This document shows positions 43,206-52,690 of a stretch of 64,000 bases of DNA, one piece after another; the stretch's first letter is position 1, and the number at the start of each line of letters is the position of its first letter. The stretch covers positions 288,001-352,000 of the forward strand of contig CAWDVW010000002.1 in NCBI GenBank assembly GCA_963805855.1, written 5' to 3'. The DNA comes from Candidatus Dadabacteria bacterium (GTDB lineage: Bacteria; Desulfobacterota_D; UBA1144; Nemesobacterales; CSP1-2). The notes under the pieces are model-generated. The model saw only the letters and a list, made by a program, of their open reading frames with translations. It was not told the DNA's origin and searched no databases. Position numbers and translations under genes: made by a program.

Positions 43206-44060
43206 ATGACAATATTTCAAATATTAACCTCGACATGGCATTTTGAACCATGGGTTCTAGCCGCGAGTATATTGCTTATCGTCGGATATGCTTACGCCAC
43301 GCGCGCCCAATTTAGTAAATATACGATCATATTCCTAACCGGTGTAACCGTTTTCTTCGTGACACTAATCTCACCGCTGAGCATGCTGGGAAAGACGTAT
43401 CTATTTAGCGCGAATATGGTACAGCATATAGCGCTTTTACTGATTGTCCCCTTATTACTGCTTCTTGGTATCCCGCCCTCCTTAATCGAAAGGCTTTCGG
43501 CTCGGTCAGCCTTAATGAAGCTAACGGGAACCCTAGGGCATCCATTAGTTGCCTGGTTCTTTGGAGTAGGCGCGATGTGGGTCTGGCACCTACCCTCACT
43601 ACACGATGCCGTGTTGAGAAATGAAAGTTTATACATAGTGCAGCAGATTAGTTTCATTATTTTTGGGGCAATCTTCTGGTGGCCGGTCTTTGCTCCGATA
43701 AATCGGGCGAGATTATCACCGCTTAAATCAACATTATATCTTGCATCGGCATGCCTCGCGTGCTCAATTCTTGGAATCTTTATCACATTCGCTTCTGTTG
43801 GCCTTTACCCCGCATATCTTAACCCGGTTGACACATATGGAATCCTATCACTTCTGAGAAACGATCTATGCATCACACCCGGGGTGGATCAGCAGATTGG
43901 AGGACTTACCATGTGGGTACCAGGCTGTCTGATATACCTTTTTGCGAGCATGCTAACACTTGCAAGATGGTACAGGAATCCCGAAGACGAAGATTTCATT
44001 GAACAAGCATTGAAAAATGACACTTTAATTCACGCTACTCCTAAGAGGAGAGATTACTGA
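43206..44060 (+). CDS. ctaG: Caa3-type CtaG assembly protein
   Basis: SPL...FSANMVQH, WVWHLP, FWWPV, DQQIGGLTMWVPG. Confidence 0.85.
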   Translation: MTIFQILTSTWHFEPWVLAASILLIVGYAYATRAQFSKYTIIFLTGVTVFFVTLISPLSMLGKTYLFSANMVQHIALLLIVPLLLLLGIPPSLIERLSARSALMKLTGTLGHPLVAWFFGVGAMWVWHLPSLHDAVLRNESLYIVQQISFIIFGAIFWWPVFAPINRARLSPLKSTLYLASACLACSILGIFITFASVGLYPAYLNPVDTYGILSLLRNDLCITPGVDQQIGGLTMWVPGCLIYLFASMLTLARWYRNPEDEDFIEQALKNDTLIHATPKRRDY

Positions 44061-44107
44061 TAAGGATTAAGTATGGCTGAAGAATTAAATAACAGGGACG
44101 GTAGCAA

Positions 44108-44410
44108 TTGATGAGCGATAATAGACAGATACCGAGTGAGTTTCAGTCTCCTGTGAAAAGTAAACAATACACTTCTGAATTAACTGAAGGTTGGAATAAG
44201 CCAAAGCCAGAAGTGTTACCGAAGCCAGGTTACTGGCCATTTTTGCTGGCTCTTGGTCTTGCTTTTATTTTATGGGGCCTGGCGGTTGGATTCAATGAGG
44301 TATTCAGCACCATCATAATAGTTTCCGGCCTGGGTCTTATTCTGTTCATAGTAGCCCTTGCCGGATGGATAGGAGATCTAAGAGATGAGCGAAAACATGA
44401 AAACGAGTGA
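44108..44410 (+). CDS. Small two-TM oxidase accessory subunit (subunit IV-like)
   Basis: LPKPGYWPFLLALG...GW; located within the operon. Confidence 0.7.
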   Translation: MMSDNRQIPSEFQSPVKSKQYTSELTEGWNKPKPEVLPKPGYWPFLLALGLAFILWGLAVGFNEVFSTIIIVSGLGLILFIVALAGWIGDLRDERKHENE

Positions 44411-44891
44411 ATGTAGCCGCAGGCACTTCTTCACGAAACTAAGTGTAACTCTTGCAGGCATAGCTGGGGCCTTTGTTGCAATCCCAGTTATTGGCTCATT
44501 TATCGCTCCTCTCTTCAAAAGACCGGCCCCAGTTTGGAGACCGGTTGGGGATATAAACAGCTTTAAGGTTGGACAGTTTGTGAAAGTAAACTTCGAGGAC
44601 GACTCACCATTACCCTGGGCAGGTGTAACAGCAGAGACCGCTGCCTGGATAAGACGCGATGATCAGGATAATTTCACAGTATTCTCAGTGAATTGTGCTC
44701 ACCTGGGTTGCCCGGTCAGATGGGTGCCGGGAGCAAAATTATTTATGTGCCCGTGTCACGGCGGAGTATATTACGAGGACGGCTCAGTCGCCGCCGGCCC
44801 ACCACCAAGGGGCTTATACTCATATCCCGCAAGAACAAATAAGGGGCAGGTTGAGATCCTCGCGAGTCCAATTCCGATTACAACGGTGTAA
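44385..44891 (+). CDS. Rieske iron-sulfur protein (Tat signal)
   Basis: SRRHFF, CAHLGC, CPCHGG, GPPPRGL. Confidence 0.95.
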   Translation: MSENMKTSECSRRHFFTKLSVTLAGIAGAFVAIPVIGSFIAPLFKRPAPVWRPVGDINSFKVGQFVKVNFEDDSPLPWAGVTAETAAWIRRDDQDNFTVFSVNCAHLGCPVRWVPGAKLFMCPCHGGVYYEDGSVAAGPPPRGLYSYPARTNKGQVEILASPIPITTV

Positions 44892-44956
44892 ATGATAATA
44901 GATCAATCCGGTGACTAGATTCGATAAGAGCATAAAGTAATACGTACGAGAGATAT

Positions 44957-45080
44957 GATCCATGATACAAGATCCAAGATACACGATGAAGAATGAGAAT
45001 AGATCAGTAATCATGTATCGTGCATCCTGCATCGTGGATCACGCATCATGTATCGTGCATCCTGCATCGTGCACCGTGCA
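44957..45080. repeat. Inverted heptamer arrays (GATRCAN / NTGCATC) between Rieske and cytochrome b genes
   Basis: gatccat gatacaa gatccaa gatacac facing atcatgt atcgtgc atcctgc... Confidence 0.8.
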
Positions 45081-45105
45081 CAGATAGCATCTTGGAGCGA
45101 GAAGT

Positions 45106-46515
45106 ATGTTATCCCTGAAAAGAGCTTGGACATGGTTTGATGACCGCACCGGGGTTTCAACGGTGTTTGATACCCTTATGCCCGGTCACATCGTTCCATC
45201 CAGCTCCGCATCCTGGTTTTATGTCTTTGGAAGCGCTACCCTTTTCGCATTTATCATACAGGTGGTAACAGGTGTAACCCTGGCATTCATGTATGTCCCA
45301 GCTGCCGGCGAGGCATATCAGAGCCTCCAATACATTACCGATCAAACGCTCTTCGGCAGGATCGTCCGGGGTATGCACAATTGGGGCGCCTCCGCGATGA
45401 TCCTTCTGGTTGGAATTCATATGATCAGGGTATATCTGACGGCAGCCTACAAATTTCCACGCGAAATGCACTGGATTAGTGGAGTAGTGCTTCTGGCTTT
45501 GACAGTTGTCATGGGCTTTACCGGCCAAGTGGTTAGGTGGGATCAAACTGCTGTTTGGTCGACGATAGTTGCGGCAGAGCAGGCCGGGAGAATTCCGTTT
45601 ATCGGCAGATGGGTTGCAGACTTTCTCATCGGTGGGCAGACAATTGGAGGCGCAACCCTGAGCAGGATGTTCGCCTATCACGTATTCCTTATTCCCGGAT
45701 TACTGTTTATCTTCATAGGGTTCCATCTCTATCTGGTTTTTAAGAATGGAATTTCCGAAATGCCAAGAGCAGGAGATCCTGTAGACCCAAAAACCTATAG
45801 ACAGGAATACGAAGAAAAGATTAAGAAAGATGGTGTACCTTTTTGGCCGGATGCTGCCTGGAGGGATATGGTATTCAGTTTCTGTGTTATTACCATTATT
45901 CTCCTTATCGCTATCATAATTGGGCCACCTGCCCTGGATGCTCCACCAAATCCATCCAATATAGATGCACTACCAGTGCCGGATTGGTACTTTGTTTTCT
46001 ACTTTGCATTCCTTGCCCTTTCACCGCCTGAAATCGAATCATACTTAATGATTGGGGGACCTCTCATCATAGGACTTCTATTATTCTTTTTGCCGTTTAT
46101 ATCGAATCACGGGGAGAGAAGTCCACTCCGCCGTCCATGGGCAATCGCGATTGTCGTATTATTTGTAGGTTCACTTTCAGGACTTTGGGCTATTGGGATT
46201 ACCTCGCCCTGGTCTCCACATTTTAAGGCAGAACCGCTGACAGTTGAGATAATCGGTGCGTCCAGCGGGCCAATCTACAGGGGCGGAGAACACTTCAATG
46301 AAAAGGGTTGCCTCTATTGTCATAAAATCTCAGGACATGGTGGAGAGAGAGGACCGGACCTAACATACATCGGAGATAAGCTTTCAGCCAATGAGCTTAC
46401 CTGGAGAATAATGAATGGAGGCCTAAACATGCCCGGATTCGGTGGGACTCTTACGAGTGAAGAGCTATCCGATCTTGTGGTTTTCCTTAAGAGTAGAACG
46501 CATAATCATCCATAG
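45106..46515 (+). CDS. Cytochrome b with C-terminal fused cytochrome c
   Basis: RGMHNW, IHMIRV, YHVF, FHL heme ligands; PDWY Qo motif; CLYCH...MP. Confidence 0.93.
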   Translation: MLSLKRAWTWFDDRTGVSTVFDTLMPGHIVPSSSASWFYVFGSATLFAFIIQVVTGVTLAFMYVPAAGEAYQSLQYITDQTLFGRIVRGMHNWGASAMILLVGIHMIRVYLTAAYKFPREMHWISGVVLLALTVVMGFTGQVVRWDQTAVWSTIVAAEQAGRIPFIGRWVADFLIGGQTIGGATLSRMFAYHVFLIPGLLFIFIGFHLYLVFKNGISEMPRAGDPVDPKTYRQEYEEKIKKDGVPFWPDAAWRDMVFSFCVITIILLIAIIIGPPALDAPPNPSNIDALPVPDWYFVFYFAFLALSPPEIESYLMIGGPLIIGLLLFFLPFISNHGERSPLRRPWAIAIVVLFVGSLSGLWAIGITSPWSPHFKAEPLTVEIIGASSGPIYRGGEHFNEKGCLYCHKISGHGGERGPDLTYIGDKLSANELTWRIMNGGLNMPGFGGTLTSEELSDLVVFLKSRTHNHP

Positions 46516-46603
46516 GATATTCTCAGTCGACGGATCTTGCTTGACAATTAGATTTCCAAAACAATCGATTCAACTTTTTTGACTAAAAAAACAGTCTCTT
46601 GGA

Positions 46604-46769
46604 TGATTGCGAGCGTTAGCGAAGCAATTTCCCGCTCCATTGGCAGAGCCTGCCAATCAATTTTATGTATCGAAATGTAGGGAACGCAGATATGCGTTCC
46701 GTACTATTGCGTTCACGTAGCAGATTGCTTCGCTGGGCCTGAACTTAGCAAGTCGGGGCACAAACGACA
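46604..46769. repeat. Composite palindromic element (ATTGCGAG..GAAGCAAT / ATTGCTTCG) with nested hairpins
   Basis: Contains ATTGGCAG.GCCTGCCAAT and GTAGGGAACGCAGATATGCGTTCCGTAC. Confidence 0.65.
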
Positions 46770-46915
46770 AAGTACCGGTAATACGTCATCCTAACATGTC
46801 TTATCTTAATAAACAGACCAAATCCATGATTCCCCGATTATGCTGGAAATCGTGCACACAACTTTGTATACTACCCCGAGTCAAACAGAAACTTTTAACA
46901 CCTAAGTAAGTCTGT

Positions 46916-48154
46916 ATGAGTCCTTTCACAGTCTTTGCGATACTGATAACACTTACGGCAGTCTTCAGCTTTATAAATGAAAGATACATAAGGCTCCCTA
47001 CTACCATCGGAGTTATGGTTGCCTCCTTGGCATCCTCAATTTTCATAATCCTGCTCGGCGCGTTCGGTTTCGGAAGCATTGATTGGGCCAAGGACCTGGT
47101 AGAAAGGGTCGACTTTGACGCACTCCTGATGAAGGGGATGCTTAGTTATTTGTTATTTGCCGGTGCATTAAACGTCGATCTAACCGATCTTCTCAAACAT
47201 AAATGGAGTATTTCCTATCTTGTCACCATTGGCATGGTACTATCAACACTTATAACTGGGCTTGCCATCTGGTGGGTTCTTGCCTTAGTTGGCTATGAAT
47301 TATCGTACGCATACGCGCTGCTCCTCGGAGCATTAATCTCCCCAACCGATGCCGTCGCAGTTTTAGGTATATTAAAAAAGACAAAGGCAAGCAAGGCGCT
47401 CAAAACCGTCATTACCGGGGAGTCGTTATTCAACGATGCAGTGGCCGTAGTTCTATTTTTAGCAATAATGGCTATGGCGCTGAGCGGACGGTCCATTCAA
47501 AGCTTCCAATTTGGTGAGTTTTTTCTGAAAGAGGCAATCGGAGGGGGCCTACTCGGCCTTATTCTTGGTTATGCAAGCTATAAACTTATCAACAAAATTG
47601 ATAACTACATCGTAATAGTTCTCATTACTCTCTCGGTGGTTTCAGGAGGTTATACTCTGGCACAATTATTGGACATTTCTGGTCCACTTTCGATGGTTAT
47701 TGCAGGACTGTTTTTGTCATATCGACGAAGTGTATTCACACATTCGCTGAAGACCCATGAAACGGTTGGAAACTTCTGGGAGTTAGTTGACGAAATACTG
47801 AACGCTGTACTTTTCGTTCTAATTGGATTGGAAATTCTGATATTAGATATTGAGGGGCCATTCGTTGTTGCAGGAATTATTGCTATTCCTGTAATCATTT
47901 TCACTCGATCTTTAAGCGTAGGTCTACCGGTTGTAATATTTCAAATCTTTAAAAAAATTAAGCCGCTTGATGCAATAATAATGACATGGGGAGGACTCAG
48001 AGGCGGGGTGTCTATTGCACTTGCCCTTTCGGTGCCGGATTCAAGGGAGAGGGATCTGATCCTGGTTGTAACCTATGTGGTGGTGGTATTCTCGATTCTG
48101 GTACAAGGTCTTAGCCTTGAAAGATTAGTTAGCTGGGCCGAAGCCCGGAAGTAG
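46916..48154 (+). CDS. Na+/H+ antiporter, CPA1 (NhaP-like)
   Basis: ISPTDAVAV, GESLFND, WGGLRGG, SILVQG. Confidence 0.93.
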   Translation: MSPFTVFAILITLTAVFSFINERYIRLPTTIGVMVASLASSIFIILLGAFGFGSIDWAKDLVERVDFDALLMKGMLSYLLFAGALNVDLTDLLKHKWSISYLVTIGMVLSTLITGLAIWWVLALVGYELSYAYALLLGALISPTDAVAVLGILKKTKASKALKTVITGESLFNDAVAVVLFLAIMAMALSGRSIQSFQFGEFFLKEAIGGGLLGLILGYASYKLINKIDNYIVIVLITLSVVSGGYTLAQLLDISGPLSMVIAGLFLSYRRSVFTHSLKTHETVGNFWELVDEILNAVLFVLIGLEILILDIEGPFVVAGIIAIPVIIFTRSLSVGLPVVIFQIFKKIKPLDAIIMTWGGLRGGVSIALALSVPDSRERDLILVVTYVVVVFSILVQGLSLERLVSWAEARK

Positions 48155-48434
48155 GGTTACTTTTTGTTGATGCTGTGAGTGTTAGAGATTTCGGGGACAA
48201 AACTTTTACAATTTAAAGTGGTATTGACAAAGAGTTTATAAGTAGAAAGAAGTTATCAAAACTATTAAGACAGTATGCCATCTAGGACTGACCCCGCTTT
48301 TTTTAAATTATCGATTTTTAGGCTGTTTATATCCACTAAAAAACATACTATAATTTGGCTACCGGGGACACCAAGTCGAAGTAAAGCGATGCACCCCTTT
48401 TTTGGGCACACACAGATATCGAACTTTGGAGGTT

Positions 48435-51269
48435 ATGATGATGAACACTGCTGTGTCAACCAAAGCGCTGGTACGAGCTCTCGAGCGATTCGTGCCGAAG
48501 GATCGAGTACACATCGACGATCTTACGCTGACGGTCTATTCCCGGGCCGCGGATTTCTTCGAGTACCGGCCACAAGCAGTGGTCAAAGCCCGCACCGAGG
48601 AAGAGGTGCGCGGGGTTTTACGCGTGGCGAGCGAGTACAAGGTGCCTATAACCTTCCGTGCCGGGGGAACAAGCCTCTCCGGCCAGGTACTGGGGAAGGG
48701 AATCATTTGCGACATCAGCACCGGATTCCAGGGCATTCAGCCCCGTGATGACGCAAAGTTAGTGTGGATTCAGCCTGGACCCACTGGCGACATGGTCGAT
48801 CGCGTCCTTAAACCTCTTGGAAAACGAATTGGCCCTGATCCGGCTTCATTACGTGCAGCCCGCATAGGCGGCATGATCTCAAACAACTCATCGGGTATGA
48901 CCTGCGGCGTAAAATATAACGCATACCACACCCTTCACTCGATGCGGGTTATGATGATTGATGGCAACATCTACGACTCGGGGATTGAATCGGACCATGA
49001 ACGGTTTCAAAACGAACAGGAAAACCTAGCAAAAGGTCTGATTGAGCTACGCAACGAGGTTCTTAATAATGATGAATTGGTAACAAAAATTCGCAAGAAG
49101 TTCTCGATCAAGTGCGTGACAGGCTACGGCATTAACGCCCTTGTAGACTACGAGCGGCCTCTGGACATCTTTGTCCACCTGATGGTAGGGGCCGAGGGAA
49201 CCCTCGGGTTCCTCTGCGATGTCGTTCTGGAAACACTTCCACTGGACCCGGCGCGTTCTACATCATTACTCCTATTTAAAGATGTTTCTAAATGTGCTGC
49301 TGCTGTACCAATAATTGAAGAAATGGGGGCTCAGGCCCTCGAGTTTATGGATGATCCCTCGCTTCAGGCGATGCACACTGTGTCAAATCTGCCTGATTTC
49401 GTTTACACCCATCCTGAAGGTTCGTGCGCACTGCTCATCGATTTCTGGCGTGAAACTGATGAAGAGGTAGACAAGGTTGTAACTGCTGTGGAACCAAAAA
49501 TACGAAAAGTCGATGGTCTCATTAAAATGTCACCATTTACAAGAAGACCAGACGAACACCGAACGCTATGGGAATCCCGATCCAATCTCTTGGGACTGGT
49601 TGCTAGTAATGTAAACCCAGGAGAAACGACTGTGGTCGAAGACATGGCTGTGCCACTCGATGAACTGGTACCATTCGTTGAGGGCCTCGAGGCAAACTTC
49701 GAAAAACACGGATTAAAAGGCTACATCAATGGTCATGCCAGTGCCGGAAATCTGCACTTTATGATTAACGAAAACTTCAACGACGAAAAATCAATTGCTC
49801 AATACGACGCCTTCATCCGGGATGTAGTGTCATTAATAACCGATAAGCTCCATGGGTCCCTTAAAGCTGAGCATGGCACAGGCCGCGCTATTGCTCCCTT
49901 CGTGGAACGAGAATGGGGTTCTGATGCCTACAGCATAATGAAGAGAATCAAGAATCTCGCAGACCCGGAAGGTTTATTAAACCCGGATGTCATCATAAGT
50001 GATGATCCAAACATCCACTGTGAAAATTTCAAACCGAGACCACAGGTCTGGCGCGGTATCGACGAATGCATGGAATGCGGCTTCTGCGAGCATGTGTGCC
50101 CGAGCCGGCTCGCCGCACTCACACCAAGACAACGCATTCAGGCATCCAGAATGCACGCTTATTATATAGAAAAGGGTAAGACCAGGGAGGCTGAAAAACT
50201 CTGGAGCGATTATCAGTATGCTGGTATAGATATGTGTGCAGCAGACGGTATGTGCCATACACAGTGTCCCGTAAACATTAACACAGGTGTTTATACCGAT
50301 TATTTGCGCCAACAAAACGCGAGCTATGTCGAAAAGGGACTTGCCACCTTTCTTGCAGAGCACTTTGGAGTGGTCGAAGAGGCTCTCAGGGGTGCGATGG
50401 ATGTCGGAACACTAGCCGACCGTGTGGGGCATGGTACCGAACGCCTCACGAAGGCACTTCGTCATCTCGTTCCGTCCGCTCCCGTCTGGTCAGACGCGAT
50501 GGGGAAAGCACCTCCACCAGTTGTGAACGAAACTGATTCCCCGGACTTCATCTATTACCCTGCATGCGTCTCACGTATCATGGGCTCCTCGACTGCCGGG
50601 AAGAAATCGGTCGCAGAAACGGTGCTCAAGATCGGAAGGCGGGCTGGGGTTGACCTGCTGCTTGCGAAGGACGTGACGGGGACATGCTGCAGCCAGATCT
50701 GGGAGCACAAGGGGTTCGAGACCGGTCGCGCGGTTATGGCGAACCGCATCGTTGAGCGAATGTGGGGCTGGTCAAAAGGCGGACGCATACCGATCATCTG
50801 CGACGTGAGCACCTGCACACTGACGCTCACGACAGAACTTTCCGAAGCCATCGGTGACGAGAACAAACATCGTTATTCGAAACTCCGCATTCTCGATGTG
50901 AATGACTGGCTCAAGGACGACGTGCTTCCGAAGCTCAAGGTCCGTTCAAAGAAAAACTCAGTCGTGCTCCACCCCACCTGTGGCTGCGTACAGATCGGCA
51001 GCGACATCCCCATGCGCGAGGTGGCTGAGGTCTGTGCCGAAAAGGTCACCCTGCCACTAAACTGGGGATGCTGCGGGGTTGCCGGAGACCGCGGATTCCT
51101 CCATCCCGAACTAAGCGACGGAGCGCAGCACTTCGAACTCGAAGAGGTCGCGCGCGAAGACTATGACGGTTACTACTCCGTGGCGCGGACATGTGAGATA
51201 GGCCTCAGCCAGCGCTCTGGCAAGAATTACGAGTCGATCGTGTACCTTGTGGAAGAAGCAACGCGGTGA
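48435..51269 (+). CDS. FAD/Fe-S D-lactate dehydrogenase-like oxidoreductase (Dld-II type)
   Basis: FRAGGTSLSGQ, GPDPAS, GAEGTLG, GNLHF, KAEHGTGR, CMECGFCEHVCP, CCG domains; GGAGG RBS before ATG 48435. Confidence 0.88.
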   Translation: MMMNTAVSTKALVRALERFVPKDRVHIDDLTLTVYSRAADFFEYRPQAVVKARTEEEVRGVLRVASEYKVPITFRAGGTSLSGQVLGKGIICDISTGFQGIQPRDDAKLVWIQPGPTGDMVDRVLKPLGKRIGPDPASLRAARIGGMISNNSSGMTCGVKYNAYHTLHSMRVMMIDGNIYDSGIESDHERFQNEQENLAKGLIELRNEVLNNDELVTKIRKKFSIKCVTGYGINALVDYERPLDIFVHLMVGAEGTLGFLCDVVLETLPLDPARSTSLLLFKDVSKCAAAVPIIEEMGAQALEFMDDPSLQAMHTVSNLPDFVYTHPEGSCALLIDFWRETDEEVDKVVTAVEPKIRKVDGLIKMSPFTRRPDEHRTLWESRSNLLGLVASNVNPGETTVVEDMAVPLDELVPFVEGLEANFEKHGLKGYINGHASAGNLHFMINENFNDEKSIAQYDAFIRDVVSLITDKLHGSLKAEHGTGRAIAPFVEREWGSDAYSIMKRIKNLADPEGLLNPDVIISDDPNIHCENFKPRPQVWRGIDECMECGFCEHVCPSRLAALTPRQRIQASRMHAYYIEKGKTREAEKLWSDYQYAGIDMCAADGMCHTQCPVNINTGVYTDYLRQQNASYVEKGLATFLAEHFGVVEEALRGAMDVGTLADRVGHGTERLTKALRHLVPSAPVWSDAMGKAPPPVVNETDSPDFIYYPACVSRIMGSSTAGKKSVAETVLKIGRRAGVDLLLAKDVTGTCCSQIWEHKGFETGRAVMANRIVERMWGWSKGGRIPIICDVSTCTLTLTTELSEAIGDENKHRYSKLRILDVNDWLKDDVLPKLKVRSKKNSVVLHPTCGCVQIGSDIPMREVAEVCAEKVTLPLNWGCCGVAGDRGFLHPELSDGAQHFELEEVAREDYDGYYSVARTCEIGLSQRSGKNYESIVYLVEEATR

Positions 51270-51492
51270 GCGACTTCGGGAAGCAAAACCTCGCGTGAAC
51301 GATGTATTCTAGTTAGTGCATGAGCGCTAATCCGTAACTCTAAATAATTGAAACGTAATTTACTTGACAAGATATTATCTTATGGGACAATAGAAGCCGA
51401 AAAGCTCAATGCATAAAATGAGATTATCGTTACTCTGAGCTTTCTACATGTGGTTCCAGTTAACCCAAGTCCTTAACGTGGAGGAGTAAACA

Positions 51493-52020
51493 ATGAGCTA
51501 CTTTAAGAATGTGTTCTGCTGCGTTGCGATTGTACTAGTAATGGCCAGTGCGCTGCTGGGGTGCGCGACGAGCCAACCACCGCCTCCTCAACCCCCGTCC
51601 GGAAAAATTGGTGAAATATCAAAATTCGATATAACAATCGCATCTCCGGATGAAATCGCTAACGCACTTCAGAGGGACGGACGTGTCGTGATCAGCGGTG
51701 GCATCCTCTTCGAGACCGACAGCGCCAAGCTTTCGCCGAGCGCGGAGAACGTGGTCACGCGGATTTCGGACACGATGAAGCAGAATCCCAACCTCAAGGT
51801 CGCAGTGGTTGGGCATACCGACAGCACAGGTGATTTCAATTACAATATCAAGCTCTCAGAGCGGCGGGCCAAGGCCATTGTCCAGGCCCTTGTCAAGGAT
51901 GGCGTCGCGGCGGACCGATTAGCCGCGGTGGGTGTCGGGCCACTGAGCCCCGTTGCGACGAACGATACCGCCGAGGGGCGGGCTCAGAACCGGCGTGTGG
52001 AGCTCGTCCTGATCCGCTGA
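51493..52020 (+). CDS. OmpA-family lipoprotein
   Basis: LLGC lipobox, GHTDSTG, LSERRA, NRRVE. Confidence 0.93.
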   Translation: MSYFKNVFCCVAIVLVMASALLGCATSQPPPPQPPSGKIGEISKFDITIASPDEIANALQRDGRVVISGGILFETDSAKLSPSAENVVTRISDTMKQNPNLKVAVVGHTDSTGDFNYNIKLSERRAKAIVQALVKDGVAADRLAAVGVGPLSPVATNDTAEGRAQNRRVELVLIR

Positions 52021-52197
52021 CGCGAGGCAATAGACGGCATCAGGAAAACGAGTCACTGCTTTTTCAAACTGGCTTATCATTGCTTCAAGTTTTGTCATAG
52101 GCGTCGAAGTGCACAGAATAACTGCCAAGCCTTAGTGTTTCTTGCGAGTTGGTAACTCGGTCACTTGTTTCACCTCAGCGACTTTTTCCTCATCAGG

Positions 52198-52338
52198 GGG
52201 ATCTGATCCTGGTGGTAACCTATGTAGTGGTGGTTTTTCCGATTCTGGTAAAAGGTCTCCGCCTGGGGGAAACTAGTTGACTAGGCTGAATCCCGAAAGT
52301 AGGCTTAGTTTTTGTCATCGTTGTAAATGTTAGATATT
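52198..52338 (+). repeat. Diverged duplicate of the antiporter 3' end and downstream DNA (48051-48190)
   Basis: 54 of first 60 nt identical, then a 1-nt indel and further divergence. Confidence 0.9.
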
Positions 52339-52388
52339 ACTTGCACAAGATCTCTAAGAGTATCTCTGCACTCATCTTAATTTTTTTC

Positions 52389-52544
52389 TGGCTAAGATAG
52401 TGGAAAAGTGAAAGAGAGCTAAGTTATGAACTGGACAAGTGGGTTGAATATTACAACAGGAATTATCTTCATTCTGTACATGGTTACCGTACACCGGTTC
52501 GAGCGGAAAAGGATTATTACAAAAAAGAGGAAATATTCTACTAA
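52389..52544 (+). pseudogene. IS3-family transposase C-terminal remnant
   Basis: WLR*WKSERELSYELDKWVEYYNRNYLHSVHGYRTP resembles the integrase-core tail YN..R.HS.LGY.TP. Confidence 0.75.
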
Positions 52545-52690
52545 ATTCCGCTTAATTGTCAGATTGCAATACAAATATTTGTAGAATACGCTAGTTTGTT
52601 ATGCTAAACTTGATTACCAAAACTAATTAGTACTTATTCGTTTTCAACATCATTGATTAAATAATATGGATAATAAAGGAGTAGAATACG

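Noticed and set aside
44957-45080. Possible CRISPR array
   Set aside because: Tandem heptamers without unique spacers; no cas genes in the window
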